Below, piece by piece: positions 43,024 through 54,434 of a DNA stretch of 64,000 nt (position 1 is the first letter of the stretch; each line of letters starts with the position of its first letter). A model generated the notes under the pieces. It worked only from the letters and a program-made list of their open reading frames with translations. It searched no databases and was not told the origin of the DNA. Made by a program: the position numbers and the translations under genes. The stretch covers positions 7,712,001 to 7,776,000 of the forward strand of contig OY762007.1 in NCBI GenBank assembly GCA_963665115.1, read 5' to 3'. The stretch is from an uncultured Rivularia sp. Its GTDB lineage: Bacteria; Cyanobacteriota; Cyanobacteriia; Cyanobacteriales; Nostocaceae.

Positions 43024-44385
43024 TTAACCTTTGACCTTTGACCTTTGATCTAATAACTCTTCCCATTCTGTAATATGTAATTCTTGCTGCCTTACTTCCG
43101 AAAGAATTGCTCCCAACCAAATAAAGAAAAACCAAAAATAAATCGCCATCCAAGTTAAATTGGTGGCATGAAGTAATAAATATAAAGCTACTAAACAAGC
43201 AAATGCACGTTGACAAATATGATTTCCTCGCATGGCTGGTTGCCAAAAACTGGACAACGTTGAAACAAGAGCAAAAATGAATGTTATAAACCCTAAAATA
43301 CCATGTATATAAAGCACTTTGGCATAAGAAGAAAACGTTCCTAATGGTAGTTCAAATGCTCCATTTCCCCAACTTACCGTTTTTTCCATAAATCCCCATC
43401 CTACCCACGGTGATTCTTTCCAAGCATCAATCGTTGCGTTTACAACGTATTCTCTATCTTTAGATGAATCAGCGCGAGCGCTATTAAAAGTGGCCATTGG
43501 TGAAGCTATTAAATCTTTTACAGTCAAACTTAATACAGCCGCAAATAAAGAAATTAAAGATATTATCCATAAATAAGCTTGTCGAGCTAACCCGCTACGA
43601 AAACAATATATTATTAGCCAAACTAAGGGAAAACATACCCAAGCAAGACGACTTTGGGAAACTATTAGTCCGCTCAAACAACCAAACAAAGAAAATTTAC
43701 GCAGTCTGCCGTTTGCTTCGTTCAAACAGATAAAGAAGGATAAAAGGGCACAAACTCCTAAAATAGGCGGATCTGCTGTATACAAATCTGTTCTAGGTAA
43801 AGGAATCCCGAAAAAAGGCTGGATGACTGCAAATTTAATCATCAAACTAAGTTTATCTCCCGGTATTAAACGAGCTAAAGGAGGTAACAAAGATTCTTGA
43901 GGCCCCACTGCAAAGAGTATGAGAAATTGAATGGTTAAAATAACTAAATAACCTGCACTCACCCAGCTAACAGCTCTTGTAATTACCGCTATCCTAATAC
44001 GATGCCAAAAAGGCAATGTCATACAGGAAAATATTAAAAAGTAGCCTTTGAATAAAGTAAATAATGTTGCTGCTGTTTTTAAAGCAGGAAAACCAATTGA
44101 TTCTAAACCTAAAAGATTCGTCCAAAGCGCAGCTAAAGTCATTCCTAGCCAAGCCCAATTGCAAATTGGCAATGACTCTTTGATTAATTTATTCCAATCA
44201 AACCCAATAACTAGTAAAAAAGCTGCAACTATTGGGTACAACAAAGTTTGTATTCCTAATATCCACCATAGAGGCGTTAATACAATTGTCCAATAAATTA
44301 CCTGCTCTGCAAATGAGAGTTTACCTAGTTTAAAATCAGAGTTTGAAATATTTTTTTTATTGTTGAGGACTTGTGATGCGAACAT
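43024..44385 (-). CDS. O-antigen ligase / Wzy-like polymerase (operon B)
   Basis: Polytopic membrane protein with SQSRLAW and ESPWVGWG, in EPS context. Confidence 0.8.
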   Translation of the reverse strand: MFASQVLNNKKNISNSDFKLGKLSFAEQVIYWTIVLTPLWWILGIQTLLYPIVAAFLLVIGFDWNKLIKESLPICNWAWLGMTLAALWTNLLGLESIGFPALKTAATLFTLFKGYFLIFSCMTLPFWHRIRIAVITRAVSWVSAGYLVILTIQFLILFAVGPQESLLPPLARLIPGDKLSLMIKFAVIQPFFGIPLPRTDLYTADPPILGVCALLSFFICLNEANGRLRKFSLFGCLSGLIVSQSRLAWVCFPLVWLIIYCFRSGLARQAYLWIISLISLFAAVLSLTVKDLIASPMATFNSARADSSKDREYVVNATIDAWKESPWVGWGFMEKTVSWGNGAFELPLGTFSSYAKVLYIHGILGFITFIFALVSTLSSFWQPAMRGNHICQRAFACLVALYLLLHATNLTWMAIYFWFFFIWLGAILSEVRQQELHITEWEELLDQRSKVKG

Positions 44386-44423
44386 AATTAGCCCTATTTA
44401 TTTACCTTTAACCTTTAACCTCT

Positions 44424-45873
44424 TTACCTATATTTACTATTCCACTTTTTTTCTAAACGTTGCTTTAATTCACTAATCAAAGATCGATAATTTAAAAACT
44501 GTTTGGCTGCAAATATTCTTACAGAAATTAAATACATGATGGTAAATGCTATTGGTTGGATAAGTTCAGGTGTATTTACAGATACTAAAATTGGTATTAA
44601 TGCAATAAAAGGCGGTTTAAAGATAATATACAAAAACTTTTTCCAAGACCAATTCATTACGCGACAGCTACTCCACCACGAGTAAATTGTCCATATAATT
44701 CCTAAAACTATCGCAACTGCAATTCCAACTCCAATAATCTGTCCTTGATTTGCACCAATAATAAAGGCAACTACAGCAATCGGAGCAATTGCAATAGTTG
44801 TTCTTGCATTTAAGCCTGTTTTTCCTATTGCTGAGAGCATAGAAAATAATTGACTATTAATAAGTCGAAAATAGGCAAAGATTAACAACCAAGGAATAAC
44901 TGTAAGCGAAGGTAGCCATTTAGCACCAAATACAAATGAAATTAGTTGCTCGTCAACTACTAGAAAAAATAAGGCATATACGGGAGTCGCTAAAAATGCC
45001 ACTTGTTCAACTACTTTAGCTAAAGCCTTTTCCCGACGATCATCATCTGACATTTGAGCAAATACTGACATCCCAACCTGCTCCATCACCTGACCAAAAA
45101 TAACACTTAGTGCCATAGTTAACTGGTAGGCAAAGTTGTAGTAACCAAGACTGGTAGTGCCTAAAATCTTACCAACGGCGAAGTTATCGCAGTTAGCATT
45201 GACATAATATCCCAAACTAAAGCCAGTACTGCCGAGATTGTAAGATAAAACTTCTCTTCTTACTTCTGGATCGATACGCAAGCGGAAATCATAGTTGGTA
45301 TGACGACGTAAGAGAAAATTTGCTGATAGCCAGTGGGACTGCATCTCCGATTACAAATGACCAATAACTCAAACCCATCAAAGCACATCCAACTGTAGAG
45401 AAAACTCTCATCAATGATGCTATCAGGTTTGAGTTAGCAAGTTCTTTGTACTGCATCCGCCTTCTAAGTACCCCTTCATAAACGGAATTCAACGAAGAAA
45501 GAAAAAAGTTGAAGGCAAATACCATCAAAATCCAGACTAAACTGGGTACACCAAAATAATTAGCTGCTAAAGGTGATATTGCTACCAGCCCCAAAGCCAA
45601 AAATAAACCGATGCCAATACTAACGGTGTAAGCTGTATCTACATAACGTCTATCTTCCAGACCTTTATAAACAATAAAAGAATTTGAAGCATTTTGGGCA
45701 AATAGATTTACGAAACTCCAAAAAATATAGGCAACTCCAATTACCCCAAATTCTGATGGCAAAAGTAACCGTGCTAAGAACAGATTACTTAATAAAGCCA
45801 ATATTCGTGTTGCGATCGCACCATAAGTTGCCCAAAAACTATTTTTGACTACTGAATTTGAATTTAGCTTCAT
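44424..45873 (-). CDS. Wzx-type oligosaccharide flippase (operon B); +1 frameshift at about 45335-45337
   Basis: LARLLLPSEFG and LGYYNFAY motifs; the two ORFs join as FVIGDAV-HWLSANFLL. Confidence 0.85.
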
Positions 45874-45981
45874 TAAATAACTCTTATTGAAATCATTATT
45901 TTTATGACATTGAACATTACTTATGGCTTTTCGCTCCGAGCAATATTATTATTAGCTCTGTTTGGCGTATTCTGACTAAAT

Positions 45982-46968
45982 CTAAACTTTACCTTGTGGT
46001 ACTCTGCTGCCATTACTAGTGATTTTACTTTCCCCAAGAGAACGTCCAATAACTAGTTTCGTCAATGGCGACAAACCCACCGATATGAGAGTAACTAAAG
46101 AACGTATATCGCGATAAAAAATTGAGCTATCGTAAGTTAAAGCTTGTCCAATAAATTTACGCGCTGTTTCCATATCACCACCTTGCGCGGACAATCGCGC
46201 CAAATAGCGATACATATAGGCATAAGCAGTTGGTAACATCGGCTTGATTAATTCTGGCGAACGTTGATAAGCATCTTTAATCACTTGTTCGCCACAAGCC
46301 TGCATTTGTGCAACATTAAATGATAGTCCGGAAGGACGAACGCGGTAGTAAGATAAAATTCGCGGCTCTCTATAAAAATGCCATTTTTGTTTAGCAGCTA
46401 TCCGCAACCACAAATCAACATCTTCCCAACTACGCAATCTTTCATTAAACCCGCCTACTTCCGAAATCAAACAACGGCGAAACACAGCATTAGAACCATG
46501 CCCAACAAAGTTTTTACACAGTAAAGCGAGCATTGGGTTTGTATGAACTGGTTTACCGCTCAAACTAATAAATGTATGTTTTCCGTCATCGCGAATCGTC
46601 CGCGAAGCGCTGTAAACAAGCCCAACATTAGGTTTACTATACAGTCGAGCCACATGAGTTGCTAGTTTATCTCTGTGGTAAATATCATCTCCATCGAGTA
46701 GAGCAATATATTCACATTTTGCATGGTGAATACCGTAATTGCGTGCAGATGATAAGCCTCCGTTTTGTTTTTGTAACAACTTAAAGCGAGCATCGCGCTG
46801 ACAAAATTTTTGTACTATAGCCGCAGTGTCATCAGTCGAACCATCATCAACTATCAACGCTTCAAAATTTACAAACGTTTGCTGCTCCAATGAAATTAAA
46901 GCATCTAAAATGTACTTTTTGACGTTATAGGCTGGAATTACAACACTAACTTTTGGTTCCTCAAGCAT
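45982..46968 (-). CDS. GT2 glycosyltransferase (operon B; paralog of 58762..59700)
   Basis: VSVVIPAYN, VDDGSTD, GGLSSARN and LDGDD motifs. Confidence 0.92.
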   Translation of the reverse strand: MLEEPKVSVVIPAYNVKKYILDALISLEQQTFVNFEALIVDDGSTDDTAAIVQKFCQRDARFKLLQKQNGGLSSARNYGIHHAKCEYIALLDGDDIYHRDKLATHVARLYSKPNVGLVYSASRTIRDDGKHTFISLSGKPVHTNPMLALLCKNFVGHGSNAVFRRCLISEVGGFNERLRSWEDVDLWLRIAAKQKWHFYREPRILSYYRVRPSGLSFNVAQMQACGEQVIKDAYQRSPELIKPMLPTAYAYMYRYLARLSAQGGDMETARKFIGQALTYDSSIFYRDIRSLVTLISVGLSPLTKLVIGRSLGESKITSNGSRVPQGKV

Positions 46969-47936
46969 TAATAAGCTCCTTCCGATTTCATATCTACAGC
47001 TAATACCTTACGATTTCGCTTGAGAATATTTCGCAGCTTACCCCTGACTCCAGGAGGAAATATCCACATTCCGAAACACAAACAAATATCCATTGGTTGG
47101 GGCTTACCAAACACAAAAGCTTCCCGTAGCAAAATTAAAAGTACCGATACATCGCCAGTAGCAGCAGCCCGCGCACTCACTTCAGCCAGAATAAAGGATG
47201 AGTAAGCACGGGGAGTAACTAAATCACGCTTGCTTTTAATCCAGTCAAAAGAAACCTGCCAAGTACCGCTTTTACTCAAAGTTTGATGGTTTTGTTCTAA
47301 GTGCCAAATAGATAGAACTTCTTCTGCAAACTCTACTCCAACACCTTGTTTTTTAGTTGCTTGCAAAATCCAGTCCCAATCTTCGTGTCTGTTTGTTTTT
47401 ATCTCTTCAGGGAGAATTTTCAGCAACAATTCTCTCTTGGTGAAAATAGTCGAAGCCTGGATCAATCCTTCACCTTGAAAGAAAGTATTCCGAACAAACA
47501 AATATTCACTCAAAGACTCTGATTCTTCTGGTTTTCTCCTCGGCCAAATTGTATCTCCCTGAAGAGTTCGAGCAATTAAATAACAACTGACAATTGGATA
47601 TTGATGGCGAGAATCTTTTGCTACTGCTAGCTGTAATTCTAGTTTTCGGGGCATCCATTCATCATCATCATCTAAATGAGCCACCCACTCAGCACTAGCT
47701 GCTTGAACTCCAGCGCTTCGAGCCGCAAAGCAGCCCTGATTCGTTGGTAATTCCAAGACTTTTAATCTGGTGTCTTCAATATCTTTGAGTGCTGCAACAG
47801 TTTCTGAATGAGGGCCATCAATCACGACGATAACCTCAATCTCCTTAAGAGTTTGTGCCAAAGCACTAATAGCAGCACGCTTAACTAACTGCGCTCTGCG
47901 AAAGGTTGGGATAACTACACTAACTAGGGGTTTCAA
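46968..47936 (-). CDS. GT2 glycosyltransferase (operon B; paralog of 59693..60667)
   Basis: VSVVIPT, LDDDDEW and EDWDW motifs; TTG start after a GGAGGA RBS. Confidence 0.9.
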   Translation of the reverse strand: MKPLVSVVIPTFRRAQLVKRAAISALAQTLKEIEVIVVIDGPHSETVAALKDIEDTRLKVLELPTNQGCFAARSAGVQAASAEWVAHLDDDDEWMPRKLELQLAVAKDSRHQYPIVSCYLIARTLQGDTIWPRRKPEESESLSEYLFVRNTFFQGEGLIQASTIFTKRELLLKILPEEIKTNRHEDWDWILQATKKQGVGVEFAEEVLSIWHLEQNHQTLSKSGTWQVSFDWIKSKRDLVTPRAYSSFILAEVSARAAATGDVSVLLILLREAFVFGKPQPMDICLCFGMWIFPPGVRGKLRNILKRNRKVLAVDMKSEGAY

Positions 47937-47981
47937 AAATATCCTCCTTCTTTTTTATAAAATATGTAGTGTAAAAATAAT

Positions 47982-48893
47982 TCAAATCAACTCAACCTTT
48001 TCTACTTTCGGTGTCAGCTCTACTCGCAAGAGGGATTTATTAAAAATTGCCAAAGCAATATGGAACGCAAAAGCCAAATTTCCCAATAAGTAACGAGCGG
48101 CTAATCTTTTAGGTTCGCGTACAAGACGATAGATCCACTCAAAACCAGCATTGGATATAATACCCGGACAATCGGGAACTATTCCAGCCATGCGATCGAT
48201 TACTGCTCCACCAAGCATGACTGTATTTACTTGCAGACTATCGCGATGCTTTTGTACCCAATATTCTTGAATGGGCATACCCATACCTACAATCAGAATA
48301 TTCGGTTTTTGCTGATTTATTTTCGCTACTATAGCTTGATTAACTTCTGGATCTTCTTTATCAAAATATCCATGATGTCCGGCAAAATTAACACAAGGAT
48401 ACTTCAATTTTAAGTTTTCAATTGCAGTTTCTAAATGTTGATTTTTTCCACCTAACAAAAATACCGAAAACCCATACTGGTTGCAATTCTCCAATATCTT
48501 AGGCATTAACAGGGTATAAGAAACTCTATAATCCAAGGGTAAATCTAACCCCATAAAACCAATTGCTTTTAATATTCCCATACCGTCACAGTTGGCAATA
48601 TCTGCACTTTCGAGGAACTGGTAATACCAAGGCAATTGCATCGATAAATTAAAGCCGTGAATATTATAATTTGCTAAAATTATTTTCTTGTCTTCTAGAC
48701 AAGCTTTGCGAACGGCTTCGACAATCGAAGGAATGCTCATGCAATCAATTCGTCGTCCTAATAAGTACACGCTTAAAGCCGTTACTTTCTGTGCTTTATC
48801 ATTAACTTGTATCGCTTCATCGTTTATATTTACCGATTCAACGCTATTCTGTTCAAATTCAGGCTCTATATATTTATAAAGAGTGTTAGTCAT
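47982..48893 (-). CDS. WecB/TagA/CpsF family glycosyltransferase (operon B)
   Basis: NCDGMGI, HHGYF, IVGMGMPIQE and EWIYRLVREPKRL motifs. Confidence 0.92.
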   Translation of the reverse strand: MTNTLYKYIEPEFEQNSVESVNINDEAIQVNDKAQKVTALSVYLLGRRIDCMSIPSIVEAVRKACLEDKKIILANYNIHGFNLSMQLPWYYQFLESADIANCDGMGILKAIGFMGLDLPLDYRVSYTLLMPKILENCNQYGFSVFLLGGKNQHLETAIENLKLKYPCVNFAGHHGYFDKEDPEVNQAIVAKINQQKPNILIVGMGMPIQEYWVQKHRDSLQVNTVMLGGAVIDRMAGIVPDCPGIISNAGFEWIYRLVREPKRLAARYLLGNLAFAFHIALAIFNKSLLRVELTPKVEKVELI

Positions 48894-49402
48894 TGGTAAT
48901 TATTAACCCATTGGTAGATTTAAGCAGCCGATAAAAGAAGCTTGCAAACACGCATAGCAAAATGAACGCTAACTTTGTCATACAAGTAAACGAAAATCAG
49001 CTATTTATAAATAATTAAAATCTAGCCTTATCAAAAACGAAGAAACTTCCAAAAATCAATTTAATTCAGCAATATAGTCTCGTCTATTGCTTAATTAATC
49101 TCAAAAAAACAGAATAGATAATCATCAGTGCCTTAAGGAAAACACTCAGCAAAGCTAATTATCATCCAACTCACAAATACAGCAACCTACTAAAAACCGA
49201 ATGTCTTGCTTTTTTTGCACTTAATTATAAATTTAAACGATTCACCCAGCCCTCCCAACTTTACAAAAACTTTATATTTTGATTTAATGACAATAGAATT
49301 CCTTACTCATTTAGTCGCAATATACTATTTTTCAAGAGAAGTTGAACATCATCGTTGTAGTAAAAGCACTTATTATTCAGTTAAATTTTATAAGTACTTA
49401 TC

Positions 49403-49431
49403 ACATTATATAAAAAAAAATCCAATGTCAA
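49403..49431 (-). promoter_or_regulatory. Putative sigma70-type promoter of EPS operon B
   Basis: Minus strand TTGACA-N17-TAATGT (TATAAT at N15); an equivalent site lies upstream of operon A. Confidence 0.4.
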
Positions 49432-49734
49432 GTAAGCAATAATACTCGTCTTTTTTTATTTTACGGTATAAAAATTAGTGCTTAAAACGTTCAAATTTCC
49501 ACTAAAATCTCCAATAAAAGTCTATTTTGCTAAAAATACAAGATTATTCGATCGAGTTGAAGCAAAATAAATGTATGAAATTTCCGAATATCGGGAATTA
49601 CGTACAGAGAAAATGATTTTCTGGGATAGAGCATCAGTGGAATGCTTAATCAATAACACTTAAAAAAAACCTCTCAAAATAGGGGTTTGAGAGTGTATTA
49701 ATCTATGTAACACTAGCTTTGTGGTTCCAATAGG

Positions 49735-51762
49735 TTAACCACTTATGGTTAATTGTTCGCTAACAAACCGTTGGTTATAACTTTTAGCATCCGTTTCCAC
49801 ACCATTGACAACTAAACCTAATACTTGAGCCTGATGTTCCATTAAGTGTTGTAAGCTATTGCGAACTAAATTACTAAAACTCATACCCGGTTTGACGACA
49901 AACAATACATTGGGAATTTGAGCAGTCATCAATGCTGTGGCAGTTGTAGCGCTGACTGGAGCAGTATCAACTAAAACATAATCATATTTATGGTGAGATT
50001 CAGCATCTACTAATGTTTGGCGAAACTGTCCCTGGGATACCATTTTTACGATGTTGTCGCGTGGTGTTGCAGGTAGAAAATCCAAATTGACTTCTATAGG
50101 AATAACTGCATTTGTAATGTTTAATTCTTGAGTAAAACCCAAATTTTGAGTTAGTTTTGCTCGGATAAAATCTCCATCGACTACCAGTACTCGAAAACCC
50201 AAATCAACTAATGCTTTTGCTAACCCCAAAGTTACAGTTGTTTTACCTTCACCTGACATAGCGCTGGTAATTAATAGACGACGGTTATTTAAAGGTTGTA
50301 AACTAAGCGCTGAAGCAAGACGTTGAAATTTTACCTGTTTGTCATCATCCGATATTAATTCTGCATCTTTAAAGCGGGGAATAGAAACAACCATTGGGAA
50401 TTGCATATCTTGTAAGTCTTTAGGAGTTAATAATGGATTGCGTCTTTCTAATAATAATATTAAGGCAACACTACCAATGATTCCCGCTAACAAAGCATTT
50501 AAAATCATTAATGATTTTTTGGGAGAAATCGGATTATTATTAACTCTAGGTGAATCTAATATTTCAACATTAGGATAAACATCAAAAACATCAATATTAG
50601 TTTGCTGTACTTGAGCAACTAAACCTTTATAAACCCCTTCTGCAACATCAACATTGCGTTGAAGTTCTATTAATCTTTTCTGTTGATTAGGAATAGAATC
50701 TAAATTATTTTTTAGCCGATCTATTTGACTTTTTATCAGTTGAGCGCGTTTTTGTTGACCGGAGGCTTCAGTTTCTGCCAAAACTAATTCTTCAATTAAA
50801 CCAGCACGTCCTTTTCCTTCAGTGCTAACGGTAGTATCAAAAGCAATACCATTGGCAGTTTTTTCTACTTGGCTCTGCATCCGATTTAATAATACTTGCT
50901 GCTCTTGAAAAAGTTCTCTGAGTACGGGATGATTGTCGGTATATTTAGTACGCTTACTTGCTATTTCGGCTTTTAATTCTGATAGCCTGTTTCTAATAAA
51001 TTGATAATCTTTATTTTCACCCAAGCTTAGAGAACGAATTGCTTGGTTAGAGGACATACTTAAAAGATTTGATAAAGTATTGACGCGATTTTGATTGTAT
51101 TCGGCTTGAGATAATGCCTCTAGTTGAGCTTTAGTTAAACTATCAATCGTAGTCACAATTGCTTTTGTTTGTTCTGGAGCATCAACTAATGCACTCTTCC
51201 GTTTAAACTGTGCTAGAGCTTGTTGTCTCAAAATCAAATTATTTTGAGCATCTTTTAATTCGCTCGCGCTAAATTGTCTTTTGGATAAACGGTTTTGTTT
51301 GCGGAGTTGGTTTAGTCGCTTTTGATAGGAATTGATGAGATTTTTTGCTCGGATTTTTGCTAATTCAGGAGTTGAACTGCTGACGTTAACAGTTAAAATA
51401 GGTGAATCTTCATCAACGATAACCTCGAATAGCGATTTGTAAGCAGATAAACTACCAAAATCATCTCGAACTGGATCTATACTAAGTACGCTTTCCATCA
51501 AAGTATCGCTGGTGAGAATTCTTTGCTGCATTTCTAATTGACTGTTTCCAGCAGAAATATTAGGAGCATTATTTCTCAAAGAACCTAAAATACCCAAGTT
51601 AGCATCTAAATTACCATTAGTTCCAGGAACAGTTAACTGTGTTGTTGCATTCCACACGCGGGGTGTAACTGTAGCGATGTAACCAGTTAAACCTAAAACC
51701 AACAGGTTCCAAAGGATTACAGGTTTCCAATGTCGGAAGGCGATCGCACTTATTTTATTCAT
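49735..51762 (-). CDS. GumC/Wzc-like polysaccharide co-polymerase (operon A)
   Basis: YTDNHPV, PISPKK, SAMSGEGKTT and VLVDTAP motifs. Confidence 0.9.
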   Translation of the reverse strand: MNKISAIAFRHWKPVILWNLLVLGLTGYIATVTPRVWNATTQLTVPGTNGNLDANLGILGSLRNNAPNISAGNSQLEMQQRILTSDTLMESVLSIDPVRDDFGSLSAYKSLFEVIVDEDSPILTVNVSSSTPELAKIRAKNLINSYQKRLNQLRKQNRLSKRQFSASELKDAQNNLILRQQALAQFKRKSALVDAPEQTKAIVTTIDSLTKAQLEALSQAEYNQNRVNTLSNLLSMSSNQAIRSLSLGENKDYQFIRNRLSELKAEIASKRTKYTDNHPVLRELFQEQQVLLNRMQSQVEKTANGIAFDTTVSTEGKGRAGLIEELVLAETEASGQQKRAQLIKSQIDRLKNNLDSIPNQQKRLIELQRNVDVAEGVYKGLVAQVQQTNIDVFDVYPNVEILDSPRVNNNPISPKKSLMILNALLAGIIGSVALILLLERRNPLLTPKDLQDMQFPMVVSIPRFKDAELISDDDKQVKFQRLASALSLQPLNNRRLLITSAMSGEGKTTVTLGLAKALVDLGFRVLVVDGDFIRAKLTQNLGFTQELNITNAVIPIEVNLDFLPATPRDNIVKMVSQGQFRQTLVDAESHHKYDYVLVDTAPVSATTATALMTAQIPNVLFVVKPGMSFSNLVRNSLQHLMEHQAQVLGLVVNGVETDAKSYNQRFVSEQLTISG

Positions 51763-51823
51763 AATATTAATCAGTCAACAGTGAACAGTTATCAATTACC
51801 AATTACCAATTACCAATTACCAA

Positions 51824-53179
51824 TTACCAATTACCTTTAACCTTTAACCTTTGACCTAACAACTCTTCCCATTCCGTAACGTTAAACTGTTGCACTTCAC
51901 AAAGAATCGCTCCCAACCAAATAAAAAAGAACCAAAAATAAATCGCCATCCAAGTTAAATTTGTGGCGTGAAGTAACAGAGATAAAGCTACTAAACAAGC
52001 AAATGCTCGCTGACAAAATGTGTTTCCAAACATCGCAGGTTGCCAAAAGCTGCACAAAGTTGAAACGAGGGCCAAAATAAACATTAGAAAACCACAAATG
52101 CCATGTATGTAAAGCACTTTTGCATATGAAGAAAACGTCCCCAAGGGCATTTCAAAAGCTCCATTTCCCCAACTTACTGTTTTTTCCATGAATCCCCAAC
52201 CTACCAATGGTGATTCTTTCCAAGCATCGATAGTTGCATTAACAACATATTCTCTGTCTTTAGACGAGTCAGCGCGAGCGCTATTGAAAGTTGTTAGAGG
52301 TAAAGCAATTAAATCTTTAAGACTCAAACTTAATACAGCAGTAAATAAAGTTAGCAGAGATATTACCCATAAATAAGCTTGTCGAGCTAACCCGCTACGA
52401 AAGCAATATATAATCAAACAAACTAACGGAAAACATACCCAAGCAAGACGACTTTGAGAAACTAATAGTGCAGCCAAACAACCAAATAAAGAAACTTTAC
52501 GCAGCTTGCTATTTTGTTCCGCCAAACAGATAAAAAAGGATAAAAGGGCACAAACTCCTAAAATCGGAGGATCTGCTGTATATAAATCTGTTCTAGGTAA
52601 AGGAATACCGAAAAAAGGCTGAATAACTGCAAATTTAATCATCAAACTCAGTTTATCTCCTGGTATTAAACGAGCTAATGGAGGTAAAAAAGATTTTTGA
52701 GGCCCTATTGCAAAAAGTATCAGAAATTGAATCGTAAGAATGACTAAATAACCTGCACTTAGCCAAGCAACTGCTTTTGTGATTACCTGTACCCTGATGC
52801 GATGCCAAAATGGTAATGTTAGACAAGCAAAGATTAAAAAGTAGCCTTTGAATAAAGTAAACAATGTGGCTGCTGTTTTTAAAGTTTGAAACCCGATTGA
52901 TTCTAAACCAATAATGTTAGTCCAAAGTGCAGCTAAAATCATTCCCAACCACGTCAAATTACATATCGGCAGCGAATTTTTGATAATCTTGTCAAGTTCA
53001 AATCCAAGCACTAGCAAAAAAGCAGCCACTGCCGGGTATAAAATAGTTTGAATTCCTAATATCCACCATAAAGGTGTGAGGACAATCGTCCAGTAAATAA
53101 CTTTTTCAGCAAATGATAATTTACCCAACTTAAATTCAAATTTTTTAGTTTTTTGCTTGCTAGATATGATGTTTAACAT
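51824..53179 (-). CDS. O-antigen ligase / Wzy-like polymerase (operon A)
   Basis: Close paralog of 43024..44385. Confidence 0.8.
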   Translation of the reverse strand: MLNIISSKQKTKKFEFKLGKLSFAEKVIYWTIVLTPLWWILGIQTILYPAVAAFLLVLGFELDKIIKNSLPICNLTWLGMILAALWTNIIGLESIGFQTLKTAATLFTLFKGYFLIFACLTLPFWHRIRVQVITKAVAWLSAGYLVILTIQFLILFAIGPQKSFLPPLARLIPGDKLSLMIKFAVIQPFFGIPLPRTDLYTADPPILGVCALLSFFICLAEQNSKLRKVSLFGCLAALLVSQSRLAWVCFPLVCLIIYCFRSGLARQAYLWVISLLTLFTAVLSLSLKDLIALPLTTFNSARADSSKDREYVVNATIDAWKESPLVGWGFMEKTVSWGNGAFEMPLGTFSSYAKVLYIHGICGFLMFILALVSTLCSFWQPAMFGNTFCQRAFACLVALSLLLHATNLTWMAIYFWFFFIWLGAILCEVQQFNVTEWEELLGQRLKVKGNW

Positions 53180-53291
53180 TAAATATTTGGTTAAAACAAG
53201 GGAGTAGGAAATAGGGAGTAGGCAGTAGGGGTAAAGCTTTTGGGCTTATTTACATTTTTTGAGATAGCCGTATTCGTTTCTGTCCACCTGC

Positions 53292-54434
53292 TTAGATGCC
53301 TTTAACTAAACAATCTTGATAAACTTTGAGCGTCATCTCGGCAACTTTATTCCAATTGAATTGTTCTGCTAAGTGAAGATTGTGTTCGCCCATTCTTATT
53401 AGTTTTGACTGATTATTTATTGCATATTCCATAGCTTGCAATAAACCATTAACACAGTCTGAATTATATAAAAAAGCTCCATCATCATCTAACACTTCAC
53501 CCAAACAGCAGTTACGGGGAGCAATACATGGTTTACTAAATGACATAGCTAAGAATACTGCACCTGATGTCAGAATTTCTTGGTAAGGAAATACAACCAC
53601 ATCGCAAGCATTCATGTATGTTTGAATTTCTTCATCGGGTACAAATCCAGATTTTAGCTGGATATTCTCATGTTCTGATATTTTCTGCTTTATGAGTTGT
53701 TCTAATTGTTTATTCGCAGGTTTGCCAGCAACTATCAGTTCTACTTTTTCCTGGTTTAATCGTTTAAAATCTTCAATTAATTCTAGTACTCCCTTATTGC
53801 TCCGAATCGAACCGAGCAATAGTATTACAACATTTTGATTGATAATATTTAGTTTTTTTCGTGCCTCTGCTCTATCAATATTATTATCATAATAGCCAAT
53901 ATAATTACCGTGGGGTACTACAAATATTTTGTCCCGATCTTTTATATCTAATGTTTTAGTAATTTCGTCTTTAGCAGTTTGAGAATGGGCAATTATCCCA
54001 TGACTAATCTTAGCTATAGATGTGGTACATATTTGGTCAAATTTCAAGTACAAGCTATCATGATTCTTGAGATTGTGGGCAGTCCAAATTATTTTGACAC
54101 CCATCAGTCGTAGAATATAGAGTTCGGCAATTAATATGGTTAACCTAATGAGAGATTTGAGCCAATTGCTTCTAACAAATAAAGGATGTAGCCAATGTAA
54201 ATGTAAAATATTTGGCTTACCTTCCTCGATTATAGTTGGAATCAAGTAATTGCTAGTGTTACCTTTTTCTATTTGCATACCCAAGGCAACTAAATGTTTA
54301 ATTAATTGTTCTTGGTAAGGATTTATTTGATCGAATACTGGTAGAAATGTTGCTTTTAAATTATTAGTGCGGCTAAGTTCAAAAAATTGGGATTTGTCTA
54401 AATTCGTTTCTGTGGGTGTTTGTAATTTGTTCAT
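53292..54434 (-). CDS. GT4 (GT-B) glycosyltransferase
   Basis: LHLHW, WTAHN, VVPHG, NKGV and DVVVFPY...TSG motifs. Confidence 0.88.
   Translation of the reverse strand: MNKLQTPTETNLDKSQFFELSRTNNLKATFLPVFDQINPYQEQLIKHLVALGMQIEKGNTSNYLIPTIIEEGKPNILHLHWLHPLFVRSNWLKSLIRLTILIAELYILRLMGVKIIWTAHNLKNHDSLYLKFDQICTTSIAKISHGIIAHSQTAKDEITKTLDIKDRDKIFVVPHGNYIGYYDNNIDRAEARKKLNIINQNVVILLLGSIRSNKGVLELIEDFKRLNQEKVELIVAGKPANKQLEQLIKQKISEHENIQLKSGFVPDEEIQTYMNACDVVVFPYQEILTSGAVFLAMSFSKPCIAPRNCCLGEVLDDDGAFLYNSDCVNGLLQAMEYAINNQSKLIRMGEHNLHLAEQFNWNKVAEMTLKVYQDCLVKGI

Noticed and set aside
49206..49442. 78-aa ORF between the EPS operons (also 11744..11932)
   Set aside because: Non-ATG start, AT-rich promoter-like sequence, and no counterpart in the paralogous leader.
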